This document shows, piece by piece, positions 35,465-44,996 of a DNA stretch of 64,000 nt; position 1 is the stretch's first letter, and each line of letters begins with the position of its first letter. The notes under the pieces were generated by a model. The model had not been told where the DNA came from. It worked only from the letters and a program-made list of their open reading frames with translations, and searched no databases. The DNA comes from an uncultured Verrucomicrobiota bacterium (lineage in GTDB: Bacteria; Verrucomicrobiota; Verrucomicrobiia; Palsa-1439): the NCBI GenBank assembly GCA_964566575.1, contig CAZMKD010000147.1:13001-77000 (forward strand), read 5' to 3'. Made by a program: the position numbers and the translations under genes.

Positions 35465-36907
35465 ATGTATAAAATTCTAGTCGCGGAAGATGATCCGAAC
35501 ATGGTTTCGGTGCTGTCGGAAGTGCTGCGGGATGGCCAGCGGCAGGTGATCTCCGCCAACACCACGGAGCGCGCTCTGGATCTGATCAAACAAGACCCGC
35601 CGGACCTCGTCCTCGCCGATATTGAGATGCCGGAAGGCAAGCCGCGCGGGCTGGAACTCCTTCGCCAAGTCAAAGACTTCAAGAGCGACATCGCGGTCGT
35701 GATGATTACAGGCAACGGAACGAAAGAGCGGGTGGTCGAGGCGCTGCGTCTCGGGGCGCAGGACTTTATTGAGAAGCCGTTTCGCGTCGATGAACTGATC
35801 CGACGTGTCGACAACGCGTTGCTCCAGAAACAGGGGGTACACGCGATCCGGGAGAACGCGGTTTTGAAGAACCAACTCCGCGAGAAATTCCGGTTTGAAA
35901 ACATTGTCGGCAGCCATCTGCGGATGGAGACCGTCTATCGGATGATCGAACGTGTGGCGGATACCGATTCGACGGTGCTCGTGCTCGGCGAGAGCGGCAC
36001 CGGTAAGGAACTCGTCGCGCGTGCGCTGCATTTCAACAGCCGCCGCGCCAACCACCCCTTTGTGGCGGTGAACTGCGCGGCCCTACCGGAGCACCTTCTC
36101 GAGTCGGAATTGTTTGGTCACCGGAAGGGCGCGTTTACCGGCGCCGCGTTCGACAAAGTCGGTCTGTTTCAACATGCGGACGAAGGCACGATCTTTCTCG
36201 ACGAAATCGGTTCGATGGCGCTTGGGTTGCAGACCAAGCTGTTGCGCTTTCTGCAAGACAAAGAACTTCGCCGCGTCGGCGATACTGGCATGATCCACGT
36301 CGATGTGCGAGTCGTCGCCGCCACCAATGAAGTGTTGCAGCAGAAGCTCAAGGAAAAATCGTTCCGCGAGGACTTGTATTACCGGATCAGCGTCATCCCC
36401 ATTGAACTGCCGCCCCTGCGGGACCGCGTCGAGGACATCCCGTTACTCGTCCAGCATTTTGTCCAGAAGTCCGCCGAACGCCAGGGTGTGCCGGCCACCC
36501 GTGTGCCCGATGACGTCTTGGAAGTTCTGATGAGCTACTCCTGGCCGGGCAATGTCCGTGAATTACAGAATGCCCTGGAGCGCGCCGGTGCCTTGTGCGA
36601 TGGCGGGGTGATCGCGCTGAAAGATCTTCCCGAGCGCATCCTCGAAAAGGTGGGATGTATTGCACAGTCGGGTCTGAACCCGGCCGTGGTCCAGAAGGCG
36701 GCTGGAGCAATTCAAACGGCGCGTGGCGACTCACCGATTCCACTGAAGGATTTTCTGCACCAACAGGAAGTGGGCTACATCGAACAAACCATCCAGGGCT
36801 TCGCCGGAGACAAAGACAAGGCGGCGGCGTTACTGGGCATCAGCATGGCGACTTTGTACCGCAAGCTCGCGCCGACGGAAGACGAAGAAGAGGCAGAGCA
36901 AGGCTAG
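35465..36907 (+). CDS. pilR: sigma-54-dependent response regulator (NtrC/PilR family)
   Basis: Receiver domain (DD...D), an AAA+ sigma-54 activation domain (GESGTGKE, GAFTGA, the ESELFGH box) and a C-terminal HTH. It is adjacent to pilC and the pilins. Confidence 0.8.
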   Translation: MYKILVAEDDPNMVSVLSEVLRDGQRQVISANTTERALDLIKQDPPDLVLADIEMPEGKPRGLELLRQVKDFKSDIAVVMITGNGTKERVVEALRLGAQDFIEKPFRVDELIRRVDNALLQKQGVHAIRENAVLKNQLREKFRFENIVGSHLRMETVYRMIERVADTDSTVLVLGESGTGKELVARALHFNSRRANHPFVAVNCAALPEHLLESELFGHRKGAFTGAAFDKVGLFQHADEGTIFLDEIGSMALGLQTKLLRFLQDKELRRVGDTGMIHVDVRVVAATNEVLQQKLKEKSFREDLYYRISVIPIELPPLRDRVEDIPLLVQHFVQKSAERQGVPATRVPDDVLEVLMSYSWPGNVRELQNALERAGALCDGGVIALKDLPERILEKVGCIAQSGLNPAVVQKAAGAIQTARGDSPIPLKDFLHQQEVGYIEQTIQGFAGDKDKAAALLGISMATLYRKLAPTEDEEEAEQG

Positions 36908-36948
36908 CGCGGCTGGCTGCTGCTGCCGACTGAGCAAGCCGGTCCAAA

Positions 36949-38499
36949 CTAGCCGCCCGGACCTGCCAGTCGCGACCAGTGGTTCTTGGCCGCCATCGCA
37001 TTCCTCTCGTCACCCAGGGCGGCGAAGCCCTCGTACAGTCCGCGCCAAACATCGGCATCCTCCACGCCGTGGTTGACGGCGACGAGCAGCACCTCCACAG
37101 CCTCGCGCGGGCGGTCGGCATTGAGGAGCGCGAATGCCAGATTCTTGCGCCCCGGGAGACCTTGCGGCGCAATTTCGACCGCGCGCCGGCCATGCGCGAT
37201 GGCGTCGTCGTAGCGCTTGAGCCGATTGTACCAAAAAGTGAGATTCACGTGCGCTGGCAAGCAGTCTGGGTTCTCGCGCAGGACGTGCAGGAAGAGCGTC
37301 TCGGTGTCGGCCCAGACACCGGTTTGCCGCACGCTCAGCGCCGTCAGTCCCGCCAGTGCCAAGCCGGCGATGACAAACACGAGGACGCGGAGACGGATTT
37401 GCGCTTGTGCCACGGTGACCACGCCCGCGCTCACGATGAATGCGAGGCCGATCAACGGAAGATATGAAAAGCGATCGGCCACGACGTGAATGCCGACCGG
37501 CACGAGTCCAATCGTGGGCGACAACGTGATGAGATAGAGCAGCCACGCCGGCAACAATGCCGGGGCGCGGTGTCGCAACGCAAATACGACAGCGTTAACG
37601 ATAGCGAATGCGGCAAGCCAACTGACGACGTGCAGGGACGTCCAACCCATCTCGTCGAAGGCGGGGTAGATGGCGGAAAGATGAAACGGCCAGAAACACT
37701 TGCCGACGTAAAAAAACGAACAGAACCCCACCAAACCTAGCCGCGACCAAACCGGTATGATCTGGGCATTCGCAACTGTGTCACCTTTGCCGGCCGCTTG
37801 TGCGAAGAAAGTGGCCAGGGTGATGATCACGCTGACGGCGAAGAACGGAATCTTTTCTGCCAGCGCAATGCGGCGACGCCAGAAGGTGTCGAGCAACAAC
37901 AGGGTGAATGGAAATGTAACGGCCGTCGATTTCGAAAGTGCGGACGCCACGAAGAGGCCGAACGTGCACCAGTAGGCGGTGCGTTTGCGCGTGGTTACCC
38001 ACGAGAGATACGCGAGCAATCCCAGTAAATAGAATAATGCAAAGAGCAAGTCTTTGCGTTCGGTGGCCCACGCGATGGATTCAACGTGTAACGGATGGAC
38101 GCCAAAGAGCGCCGCAGTCAACACGGCCACCGTCATGCCGCGGGTGGAACGATCGCGAAGCAATTTGGAAACCAGTGCGAACACAAGCAGGGTGTTGGCG
38201 ACGTGCAGCAGGAGATTTGTGAGATGGTAGCCGAGTGGGTTACGTCCCCAGATTTGGTAGTCCACGGCGAATGACAGCCAAGTAAGCGGGGCGTATAGCT
38301 TCGCAGCCGGTACGGTGAACATCGTCCACACGTGAGTGGGTGAGAGCGAGCGAATGGCCGGATTCTGTGTGATGTGTGTGTTGTCATCCCATTCGACGAA
38401 CTCGCCAGAAAGTCCGCGCATGTGTGCGGCGATCGTCAGTAGTGAGATGAACAACACGATGCGGCTTGTCAATCGGATCATGGTAATGCGAATGGCCAA
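36949..38499 (-). CDS. TMTC-like membrane glycosyltransferase (GT-C fold, DUF1736-type) with C-terminal TPR repeats
   Basis: A multi-TM N-terminus with FVEWDDNTHITQNPAI (the DUF1736-like motif), and TPR units at the C-terminus. Confidence 0.7.
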   Translation of the reverse strand: MAIRITMIRLTSRIVLFISLLTIAAHMRGLSGEFVEWDDNTHITQNPAIRSLSPTHVWTMFTVPAAKLYAPLTWLSFAVDYQIWGRNPLGYHLTNLLLHVANTLLVFALVSKLLRDRSTRGMTVAVLTAALFGVHPLHVESIAWATERKDLLFALFYLLGLLAYLSWVTTRKRTAYWCTFGLFVASALSKSTAVTFPFTLLLLDTFWRRRIALAEKIPFFAVSVIITLATFFAQAAGKGDTVANAQIIPVWSRLGLVGFCSFFYVGKCFWPFHLSAIYPAFDEMGWTSLHVVSWLAAFAIVNAVVFALRHRAPALLPAWLLYLITLSPTIGLVPVGIHVVADRFSYLPLIGLAFIVSAGVVTVAQAQIRLRVLVFVIAGLALAGLTALSVRQTGVWADTETLFLHVLRENPDCLPAHVNLTFWYNRLKRYDDAIAHGRRAVEIAPQGLPGRKNLAFALLNADRPREAVEVLLVAVNHGVEDADVWRGLYEGFAALGDERNAMAAKNHWSRLAGPGG

Positions 38500-38652
38500 G
38501 ATTCTAACATTCTGAAGGCAGTTGGCCAGTCTCTGTGTTGCTCATATTTGTGCGTGTTGAGCCGCCTTTTTTGTTGATGAATCCGCCAACTTGGAACGGC
38601 GGATTCTCATTTTATGCGACTTGGTATCGATGATCGAGGAGCATTCAGCTAC

Positions 38653-38668
38653 TGGCATCAATGGTGCT
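38653..38668 (+). promoter_or_regulatory. sigma-54-type promoter candidate upstream of the first pilin gene
   Basis: TGGCATCAATGGTGCT, with GG-N10-GC spacing. It lies about 50 nt upstream of the pilin start. Confidence 0.5.
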
Positions 38669-38715
38669 CTATTTGTCGACTTGAACAAACACACACGAAA
38701 GGCAGGTGGAACAGA

Positions 38716-39096
38716 ATGAATAGCAAGATTCGCAATAGTAAAGCGGCGTTCACCTTGGTTGAAATCATGATTGTGGTTGCCATTATCGGGTTGCTCGCTG
38801 CCTTGGCGATTCCGGGCTTCGTCAAAGCCCGTAAACAGTCCCAAGGTCGCCGCATTATCAACGACGCGCGTCAGATGGACGCGGCCGTTGATCAATGGGC
38901 GCTCGAGAACGGCAAGAAGGACGGCGACACGGTGGATACCACCGCCGCGGCGTCTTACTTGAAGACCGCCTGGAATGCCAACGACCTGTTGAACAATGCG
39001 TACACGGTCAACACGGTCGGCGCCACTCAGGTCGTGATCTCCGCGACCACGAAGTCTGCTCTGCAGGGCGTGGGTATTGACTGGGGTCCGTTCTAA
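38716..39096 (+). CDS. pilA: type IV pilin (prepilin-type N-terminal methylation domain)
   Basis: MNSKIRNSKAAFTLVEIMIVVAIIGLLAALAIPGF, the class III signal and hydrophobic helix. Confidence 0.8.
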   Translation: MNSKIRNSKAAFTLVEIMIVVAIIGLLAALAIPGFVKARKQSQGRRIINDARQMDAAVDQWALENGKKDGDTVDTTAAASYLKTAWNANDLLNNAYTVNTVGATQVVISATTKSALQGVGIDWGPF

Positions 39097-39141
39097 ACCC
39101 TGAACAGTAACGCGAGCGCTTTACGCTCACGACACGCAGAG

Positions 39142-39168
39142 GCAGGAGGTAACCCCTCCTGCCTTTGG
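39142..39168 (+). terminator. intergenic hairpin (GCAGGAGG-TAACC-CCTCCTGC, then CTTTGG) between the two pilin genes
   Basis: A perfect 8-bp GC-rich stem with a weak U-tract. It could act as an attenuator or partial terminator. Confidence 0.35.
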
Positions 39169-39187
39169 CGCATACAGAAATGACACA

Positions 39188-39601
39188 ATGATGAGGGGAG
39201 GCGAGTACGACTTGAAAATCGAACGGTTGCGGAGACATCGCCGCGGAGGGTTCACCCTATTGGAAATCATGGTTATCGTAGCCTTAATCGGGTTACTCGC
39301 CGTTTTGGCGATGCCGGCCTTCATCAAAAGCCGCAAATTGGCGCAAGGCAAACGTGTCGTCAACGACGCGCGGATTATTGACCAAGCCGTGGATGCATGG
39401 GCGATGGAGACTTACAAGACCGATGGCGCGCCTGTGAACCTCGTTGAAGCAGCGTCATACACAAAGTTGGGTTTCATCCCGGACCCCGACTTATTGGGGA
39501 ACCCATACGGCATCGGTCCTGTCGGCACCAATCAGGTGCGAATCGCTGATACTACCAAAGGTGCATTGTCAGGCGTCTCCATCGACTGGGGCGCATACTG
39601 A
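39188..39601 (+). CDS. type IV pilin paralogue
   Basis: ...RRGGFTLLEIMVIVALIGLLAVLAMPAF.... Its C-terminal region matches the first pilin (D.ARIIDQAVD.WA...). Confidence 0.8.
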   Translation: MMRGGEYDLKIERLRRHRRGGFTLLEIMVIVALIGLLAVLAMPAFIKSRKLAQGKRVVNDARIIDQAVDAWAMETYKTDGAPVNLVEAASYTKLGFIPDPDLLGNPYGIGPVGTNQVRIADTTKGALSGVSIDWGAY

Positions 39602-39664
39602 GCCGCCCGCCAAGCAATTCCCGTCCAAATCAGCGATAGGCAGCCCGATGGGATGGGGGTTGTT

Positions 39665-39680
39665 GGCATATCGCGTGCTC
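39665..39680 (+). promoter_or_regulatory. sigma-54-type promoter candidate upstream of pilM
   Basis: TGGCATATCGCGTGCT has the same GGCAT-N5-GTGCT form as the promoter upstream of pilA. It lies about 20 nt before the pilM ATG. Confidence 0.45.
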
Positions 39681-39699
39681 AAGGTTAGTGGGAGGAAAC

Positions 39700-40758
39700 A
39701 TGATTTTCAGGAAAAACAAGCAAGGCAAGCGAGGCTCGATCATCGGGCTGGACTTGGGCTCGCACCAGATTAAAGCGGTGGTCCTCGAGCGCGAAGACGC
39801 CGCTCTCAAACTTGCTCGCTACGTCGTGTTCCCCTCATCTGCGGGAGCGAGCAAGGCCGGGTCGGCGGAAAAACTCGCCACCGAATTGCAGGAAGTGATG
39901 ACTCAACTTGGAGGTGGTGACGGCGGCGTCCATGTGTCGGTCAGCTGCCCGTCTGCGACCGTCTGCGAAGCAGAATTTCCGCGTATGCCGCTCGATGAAG
40001 TCCGCAGCGCACTCCGGATGCCGGTCAATGCCAACCGGTACCTGCGACGGGACCTGACGGGATATTATGTGGATGCTATCGAATTGAGCGAGGTGGAAAG
40101 TGACAGCAAGAACAAGAAGTCGCAAACCATGCGGCTGCTTGTCGCTGCGGCGGACAAAGAAGAGGTGCGCTGGTACTGCGGAGCACTCGAGGCCGCCAAG
40201 ATTCCTCCCCAGGCGATCGGGTTGTCCGCGCTCACGGTTGTCAACGCCTTCCACATCGGCAATGCGGAACTCTGTGAGAAGGAAGTTGTGCTCTTGCTCG
40301 ACATTGGCGCGCACTCCACCAGCATCAGTGTCCTGCGCAAAGGACAACCGTCGATGACACGGATCATGCACTTTGGTGGATATCAAATCAGTGAGTTTAT
40401 CGGCTCGATTCTGACTCTGGAACCGAACGCGGCCGAGGAAGAGAAGATCAAGATGACCGATGTGGTCCAACCGCTGGTCCGGCAGGCGCTATCGCCACTT
40501 GCGCGGGAAGTCCGGTCCTCCATCGACTTCTTCGAGCGGCAACAGGAATGCCACGTCAGCCGCGCGTACGCGTGTGGCGGCAGCGCCTGTTCCGCCAGTG
40601 TGTTGGATTTCCTTAGCGAGGAAGTCGGGTTTCACATCGAAAGCTGGAACCCGATCCAGGCTCTTTCGACAGTCCATTTCAACGGTGAAGCCCCCAAACT
40701 GGCGAGTCTTGCCCCCACGCTGGCAGCGGCGATCGGAACCGCCGTGCCGCACCTCTGA
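39700..40758 (+). CDS. pilM: type IV pilus assembly protein PilM (actin-like ATPase fold)
   Basis: IIGLDLGSHQIKAVVLE at the N-terminus, about 350 aa. The ORF opens at 39688 (GTG). Confidence 0.85.
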   Translation: MIFRKNKQGKRGSIIGLDLGSHQIKAVVLEREDAALKLARYVVFPSSAGASKAGSAEKLATELQEVMTQLGGGDGGVHVSVSCPSATVCEAEFPRMPLDEVRSALRMPVNANRYLRRDLTGYYVDAIELSEVESDSKNKKSQTMRLLVAAADKEEVRWYCGALEAAKIPPQAIGLSALTVVNAFHIGNAELCEKEVVLLLDIGAHSTSISVLRKGQPSMTRIMHFGGYQISEFIGSILTLEPNAAEEEKIKMTDVVQPLVRQALSPLAREVRSSIDFFERQQECHVSRAYACGGSACSASVLDFLSEEVGFHIESWNPIQALSTVHFNGEAPKLASLAPTLAAAIGTAVPHL

Positions 40759-40776
40759 GCTCGTAAGCACGTCATC

Positions 40777-41463
40777 ATGACTGCAATTACTCTCAACTTA
40801 CTGGCGGAGGAGCAATTCGCCCAACGCGCCGAGTCGCGCAATCCATTCAAAGTGGCTCTCGCAATCGGGATCGGCGTGTTCACGCTCACAGTGTTGGCCG
40901 GTATGATCGTCGCCCACGTGGCTGGGAAGCGGGGACGGGAAGCCGACGCACTGCAAAGTAAGTTGGATACTCTGGAGGCGTCAGAATCAGTTGCAACCGG
41001 CGGAGACACGAAGACGCTCAAATCGATAGCCGATGACATCGTGGCGATCAATCGAGACCGGCAACTGTACGCGAAGCAACTTGCCCTGATCAAGGACCTT
41101 GTGCCGAACACGATCGAGTTGACGCGTATCAACTTTAGCCTCAGCGTCAACACGCAGGATACTGCGCCGGCAGAGTCAGCGGCACCGACCCGGGGTGAGA
41201 AAGACAAAGGCACCCGCCTTGCTCGGCCGAAAGTTACCGAGCGTTTGACGTTGCAACTCGAAGGCCGGGCAATTTGCAGTCGCCCCGAAATTGAAGTCGA
41301 TCAGTACATTCAGACATTGCAAAGCGACGCTACGTTTGGGAGCTACGTCAAGGATATCAAACTGCGCTCCATCGCCCGCGGGGCCATTGGTGGAAGTTCC
41401 GCGACGCCGGGTGCGGCCAGCGTGAACTTTGTCATCGAGTGCCAATATCAGGAGCGCAAATGA
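40777..41463 (+). CDS. pilN: PilN-like pilus assembly protein
   Basis: ITLNLL at the N-terminus, one TM helix, and a coiled-coil periplasmic domain. Confidence 0.7.
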   Translation: MTAITLNLLAEEQFAQRAESRNPFKVALAIGIGVFTLTVLAGMIVAHVAGKRGREADALQSKLDTLEASESVATGGDTKTLKSIADDIVAINRDRQLYAKQLALIKDLVPNTIELTRINFSLSVNTQDTAPAESAAPTRGEKDKGTRLARPKVTERLTLQLEGRAICSRPEIEVDQYIQTLQSDATFGSYVKDIKLRSIARGAIGGSSATPGAASVNFVIECQYQERK

Positions 41464-42074
41464 ACTTTCTGAAATCCATGCCGAAGAAAAAGCTTCAGAA
41501 GGTCATTTTGGTGGCGATCCTCAGCTTGATTGGAATCGGTGCGGTTGGCAATTTTTACGTCGGGATAGGGTTGACCAAGCTTTCAACGGAGCGCGCCCGT
41601 CTGGTGAAGCTACGCACTCAACTGGACTCGGCGCAGTCCAACGCCAAGCAGGAGGCACAGAACGACCAACTTCGGGAACAGATCCGGGCATTCGTCGATG
41701 GCCATCGTCAGAAGATGATCTCCGGTGACCCGTTTAGCTGGATTGTGCGCGAAATCAGCCTGTTGGCGGAAGGGCATGTTGTACGCGTGGCCGCGCTGCG
41801 ACCCGGGACGAAGTATGCCAACATCGTCAAACCCAAGTACGAAATGTTCACGACCCGCATCGAGTTGGAAGGTGCTTACGACCAGATCGGGAAGTTCATC
41901 AAGGAACTGGAGAATACCTTCGTTACGGGTCAGATCCGGTCGCTCGAAGTAACATCATCCGACCCGACACGCGGACAATGTCGCGCGACCCTTGACTTAG
42001 CGTTACTGACGCGCCCCGACGAAGCTGCAACACCAGCGCATAAGTTATCGGAAGGAGCAAACAAGAGCCTATGA
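41460..42074 (+). CDS. pilO: PilO-like pilus assembly protein
   Basis: ATGA overlap with pilN. A single TM helix followed by a coiled coil. Confidence 0.65.
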   Translation: MNFLKSMPKKKLQKVILVAILSLIGIGAVGNFYVGIGLTKLSTERARLVKLRTQLDSAQSNAKQEAQNDQLREQIRAFVDGHRQKMISGDPFSWIVREISLLAEGHVVRVAALRPGTKYANIVKPKYEMFTTRIELEGAYDQIGKFIKELENTFVTGQIRSLEVTSSDPTRGQCRATLDLALLTRPDEAATPAHKLSEGANKSL

Positions 42075-42640
42075 GACCGGTTTCACAGACGATTGACCTG
42101 ACGAACTCACACATCGGTCACCCGGGCGCTACATCGACGTTCGCTTTGGACGTGACGATGCGTCCATTGGAGCGCACCTTGAGCCGGCATTCACGCACAG
42201 ACGCCCTGCGTCTGGTCGGATTGATGGCGTTCGGTCAATCACTGCTGTTTCTGGCGATTTGGCTGCTGATTTGTGCCAGCACGGGTGCGGCGGGTGTGAA
42301 CAAAGTGGATTTCAATCCGGATCTACAACTCTCCGACTATCGGCCCGCGAAAGTGCGCAATCCCTTCGGCGGGATGGCAGCAGCCGACGCCAATGTGGCA
42401 TCGATGCCCATTGGGGCACTGGACTTTCAGTTACAAGGCATCTTGTATCAATCGAAGAATCCATCAGCAATTGTGAACAACCAACTGTTGACCCTCAACA
42501 AAACTGTAACTCTCGAGACCGGGATTGGCACAGTTGAAGTGCGAGCCGTCGCAATCACCCGCAACAACGTCGTCCTGGAGTCCAAGGGGCAGAAGGTCAT
42601 GCTACACCTTAACTCCTCCAATTCCCAACATCAGCCATAG
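42071..42640 (+). CDS. PilP-like protein (hypothetical)
   Basis: Assigned by its position between pilO and the secretin, with a TM or signal segment LMAFGQSLLFLAIWLLICAS. Family membership is not established. Confidence 0.45.
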   Translation: MRPVSQTIDLTNSHIGHPGATSTFALDVTMRPLERTLSRHSRTDALRLVGLMAFGQSLLFLAIWLLICASTGAAGVNKVDFNPDLQLSDYRPAKVRNPFGGMAAADANVASMPIGALDFQLQGILYQSKNPSAIVNNQLLTLNKTVTLETGIGTVEVRAVAITRNNVVLESKGQKVMLHLNSSNSQHQP

Positions 42641-42685
42641 CGCCAAACAGTAGATGGCGTGATTGCTGCTAAACATAAACCCACT

Positions 42686-44338
42686 ATGAAAACTGCGTTG
42701 TTATTCGGAGGAACGACCATGAGCAATCGGCTTCTCACAGCAGGTGCTTTCGCTGTTTGTCTGACTCTCTTACCGGACGCGACCCGGGCAGACGAAAATA
42801 CCGAAAAGCCTACAGTCAGTACTCCCGCTGTCACCGTTGCTCCGGTGAGCACCCCCGCTGTCAACGTCGAACCCCCCGCCAAATCCGAGACCCCGGCTGG
42901 TGTGTCCGCGTCCGACAAGGGCGACGCAACGGCGAAAGCCGACAGCAAGCCGAGCGATGCGGCCGAACCGGTAATGATTGATTACAACGAAGCGGATATC
43001 CAGAGCGCCTTGCGCACGTTGGCCACAAGAGCTGGAATCAATCTGATCATGGGCGATGAGGTGACCGGCAAGGTCACCGTCCATCTCGAGGGTGTGAGTT
43101 ATGAGGACGCGATACAGCTCATTGTCGAGTCCAAAGGGTACGCTTACGTCAAAGACAAAAACGTGGCGCGGATCAAATCCAAAGAATCATTGGAGAGTGA
43201 GCCGCTCGAAGTGCGGGTGCAAACATTGAACTATGCAAAGGCTGATGACATCCGCAAGACGCTTGAGCCCGTGCTGACGAAGCGCGGCAAGATTCAAGTG
43301 GATGCGCGCAGCAATACACTAATCTTCTCCGACACGCCCTCGAATCTTGCCAAAGTCATCCCGCTGTTGGAGACACTCGACCTGCAGACTCCGCAGGTCA
43401 TGATCGAAGCAAAATTCGTTGAAACAACAAAGAATCCGAAGAAAGATCTTGGCATCAACTGGTCGGGCACCTTGCTGAACCACGAAGTAAGCGTGCGCCG
43501 GCCGACACCAGACAAACCTGTTGACTCTGTGGGTAACCCCTCGCCATTGGAATTCGGAAATAACTTGGCCAATGGACAGTGGACCTATCCCACGGCGATA
43601 CTGGATGTGGGCTCCTTCAATGTGGTGTTGTCCTATCTGAACTCGGACTCCGACACGGAATTGCTGGCTAACCCCCGGGTTGTGACCGCGGACAATAGTA
43701 AGGCAAAAATTGCCATCGCCACCCAGTATCCGATCCCGACGTTTACGTACAGCGAAACAAAGGGTGCGTTCACAATTTCCGGATTCGAATTCAAAGACAT
43801 CGGGATCGTTCTGAACGTGACGCCGCGGATTAACAAGAATGAGTTTGTCACGCTCGACGTCGCGCCCGAGGCGGGTAGTCAATCCGGTGTGGCCAACTTC
43901 CAGGGAGTCAGCATCCCGATCGTCGACAACCGCTCGGCAAGCACGACGGTGCTCATCAAGAGTGGGAATACGCTGGCAATTGGCGGGCTTATGCGCCAGG
44001 ACACCACTGATCAGTATACGAAGGTGCCGGTTCTGGGAGATCTGCCTGGCCTTGGCGCTCTCTTTCGCAGCAAGAGCCTCACCAAGACCAAGCGCGATCT
44101 GTTGATTTTCGTCACACCTACCATCGTCAATCCAGAATCTCAAACAGGCTATGAACAATACATCGGTGGCCTGCCAGCGGAAGAACTCTTCACCCGCGAC
44201 AAGTGGTTGCCCAAAGACAACGCCAAACCGAATTCTGCCAGCCTGAAAGAGCTCCTTCCGCAACGTCCGAATTCTGCCAGTCGGAAAGAGGTCGTTCCGT
44301 CACGTAAATCACCGAGCCAGAACTTCGTCCCCAAATAA
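42686..44338 (+). CDS. pilQ: type IV pilus secretin PilQ (GspD family)
   Basis: N0/secretin domains (...ARSNTLIFSDTPSNL..., ...VPVLGDLPGLGALFRSKSLTKTKRDLLIFVTPTIV...). The start is uncertain (42659, 42686 or 42719). Confidence 0.85.
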   Translation: MKTALLFGGTTMSNRLLTAGAFAVCLTLLPDATRADENTEKPTVSTPAVTVAPVSTPAVNVEPPAKSETPAGVSASDKGDATAKADSKPSDAAEPVMIDYNEADIQSALRTLATRAGINLIMGDEVTGKVTVHLEGVSYEDAIQLIVESKGYAYVKDKNVARIKSKESLESEPLEVRVQTLNYAKADDIRKTLEPVLTKRGKIQVDARSNTLIFSDTPSNLAKVIPLLETLDLQTPQVMIEAKFVETTKNPKKDLGINWSGTLLNHEVSVRRPTPDKPVDSVGNPSPLEFGNNLANGQWTYPTAILDVGSFNVVLSYLNSDSDTELLANPRVVTADNSKAKIAIATQYPIPTFTYSETKGAFTISGFEFKDIGIVLNVTPRINKNEFVTLDVAPEAGSQSGVANFQGVSIPIVDNRSASTTVLIKSGNTLAIGGLMRQDTTDQYTKVPVLGDLPGLGALFRSKSLTKTKRDLLIFVTPTIVNPESQTGYEQYIGGLPAEELFTRDKWLPKDNAKPNSASLKELLPQRPNSASRKEVVPSRKSPSQNFVPK

Positions 44339-44390
44339 TTCAAGGACACGACAAAGTTAGTGAGAGAGCTGAGGGTGGGGACGTTAGGTT

Positions 44391-44417
44391 GGGGGATGCC
44401 GGCAGCCGGCATCCCCC
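44391..44417 (+). terminator. strong hairpin downstream of pilQ (GGGGGATGCCGG-CAGC-CGGCATCCCCC)
   Basis: A perfect 12-bp stem about 50 nt after the pilQ stop. It has no clear U-tract. Confidence 0.4.
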
Positions 44418-44511
44418 AATGCCGTTAGCGGTTCGCAGTTTCGAGTTGGCTTTGTCGCAGGGATGCGAACGAACCTCCCCCCAGGACACTTACGAGCGTG
44501 ACTTTCAGTGA

Positions 44512-44527
44512 CGGCACATCTGGTGCT
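44512..44527 (+). promoter_or_regulatory. sigma-54-type promoter candidate upstream of the minor-pilin operon
   Basis: CGGCACATCTGGTGCT, about 40 nt upstream of the minor-pilin ATG. Confidence 0.45.
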
Positions 44528-44567
44528 CCCTTGGATCTAAACTCCGAACAGGTAACCGGAACTACTC

Positions 44568-44996
44568 ATGCGGGCTCAAGGGAAACGCGGTCAAACCGGC
44601 TTCACGATGGTGGAAGCCACTGTCGCCAGCGTGATTCTGGTCCTGGCGTTGGTCTCCGTGCTGGCGTTAGGGGCGAGAGCGTTCCGGTACTTGAACGACA
44701 TGCGACGCTGGGCGCGCTCCTCCCAAGTGCTGCAGCAGAAGATGGAAGACATCCGCTTGGTCACGGTGTGGACCAACGTCTGGGCATTGAACAACGCCAC
44801 GTTTACGGACTCTAGCTTGAGCGGCATGGTTTACAAAGGCAGCATCGACATCAGTTCCTACAACCCCCCGTATCCAACCGACTTTGTTGCCCGAGTCACC
44901 CTGACGGTCACTTGGACCAATAGCACCTACAAAGTTGTCACGAATCGTCTGTGTTCGTTGGTCTGTAAGAATGGCCTCAACAAATACATTTTTTAA
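44568..44996 (+). CDS. prepilin-type minor pilin/pseudopilin
   Basis: QTGFTMVEATVASVILVLALVSV. Confidence 0.7.
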   Translation: MRAQGKRGQTGFTMVEATVASVILVLALVSVLALGARAFRYLNDMRRWARSSQVLQQKMEDIRLVTVWTNVWALNNATFTDSSLSGMVYKGSIDISSYNPPYPTDFVARVTLTVTWTNSTYKVVTNRLCSLVCKNGLNKYIF

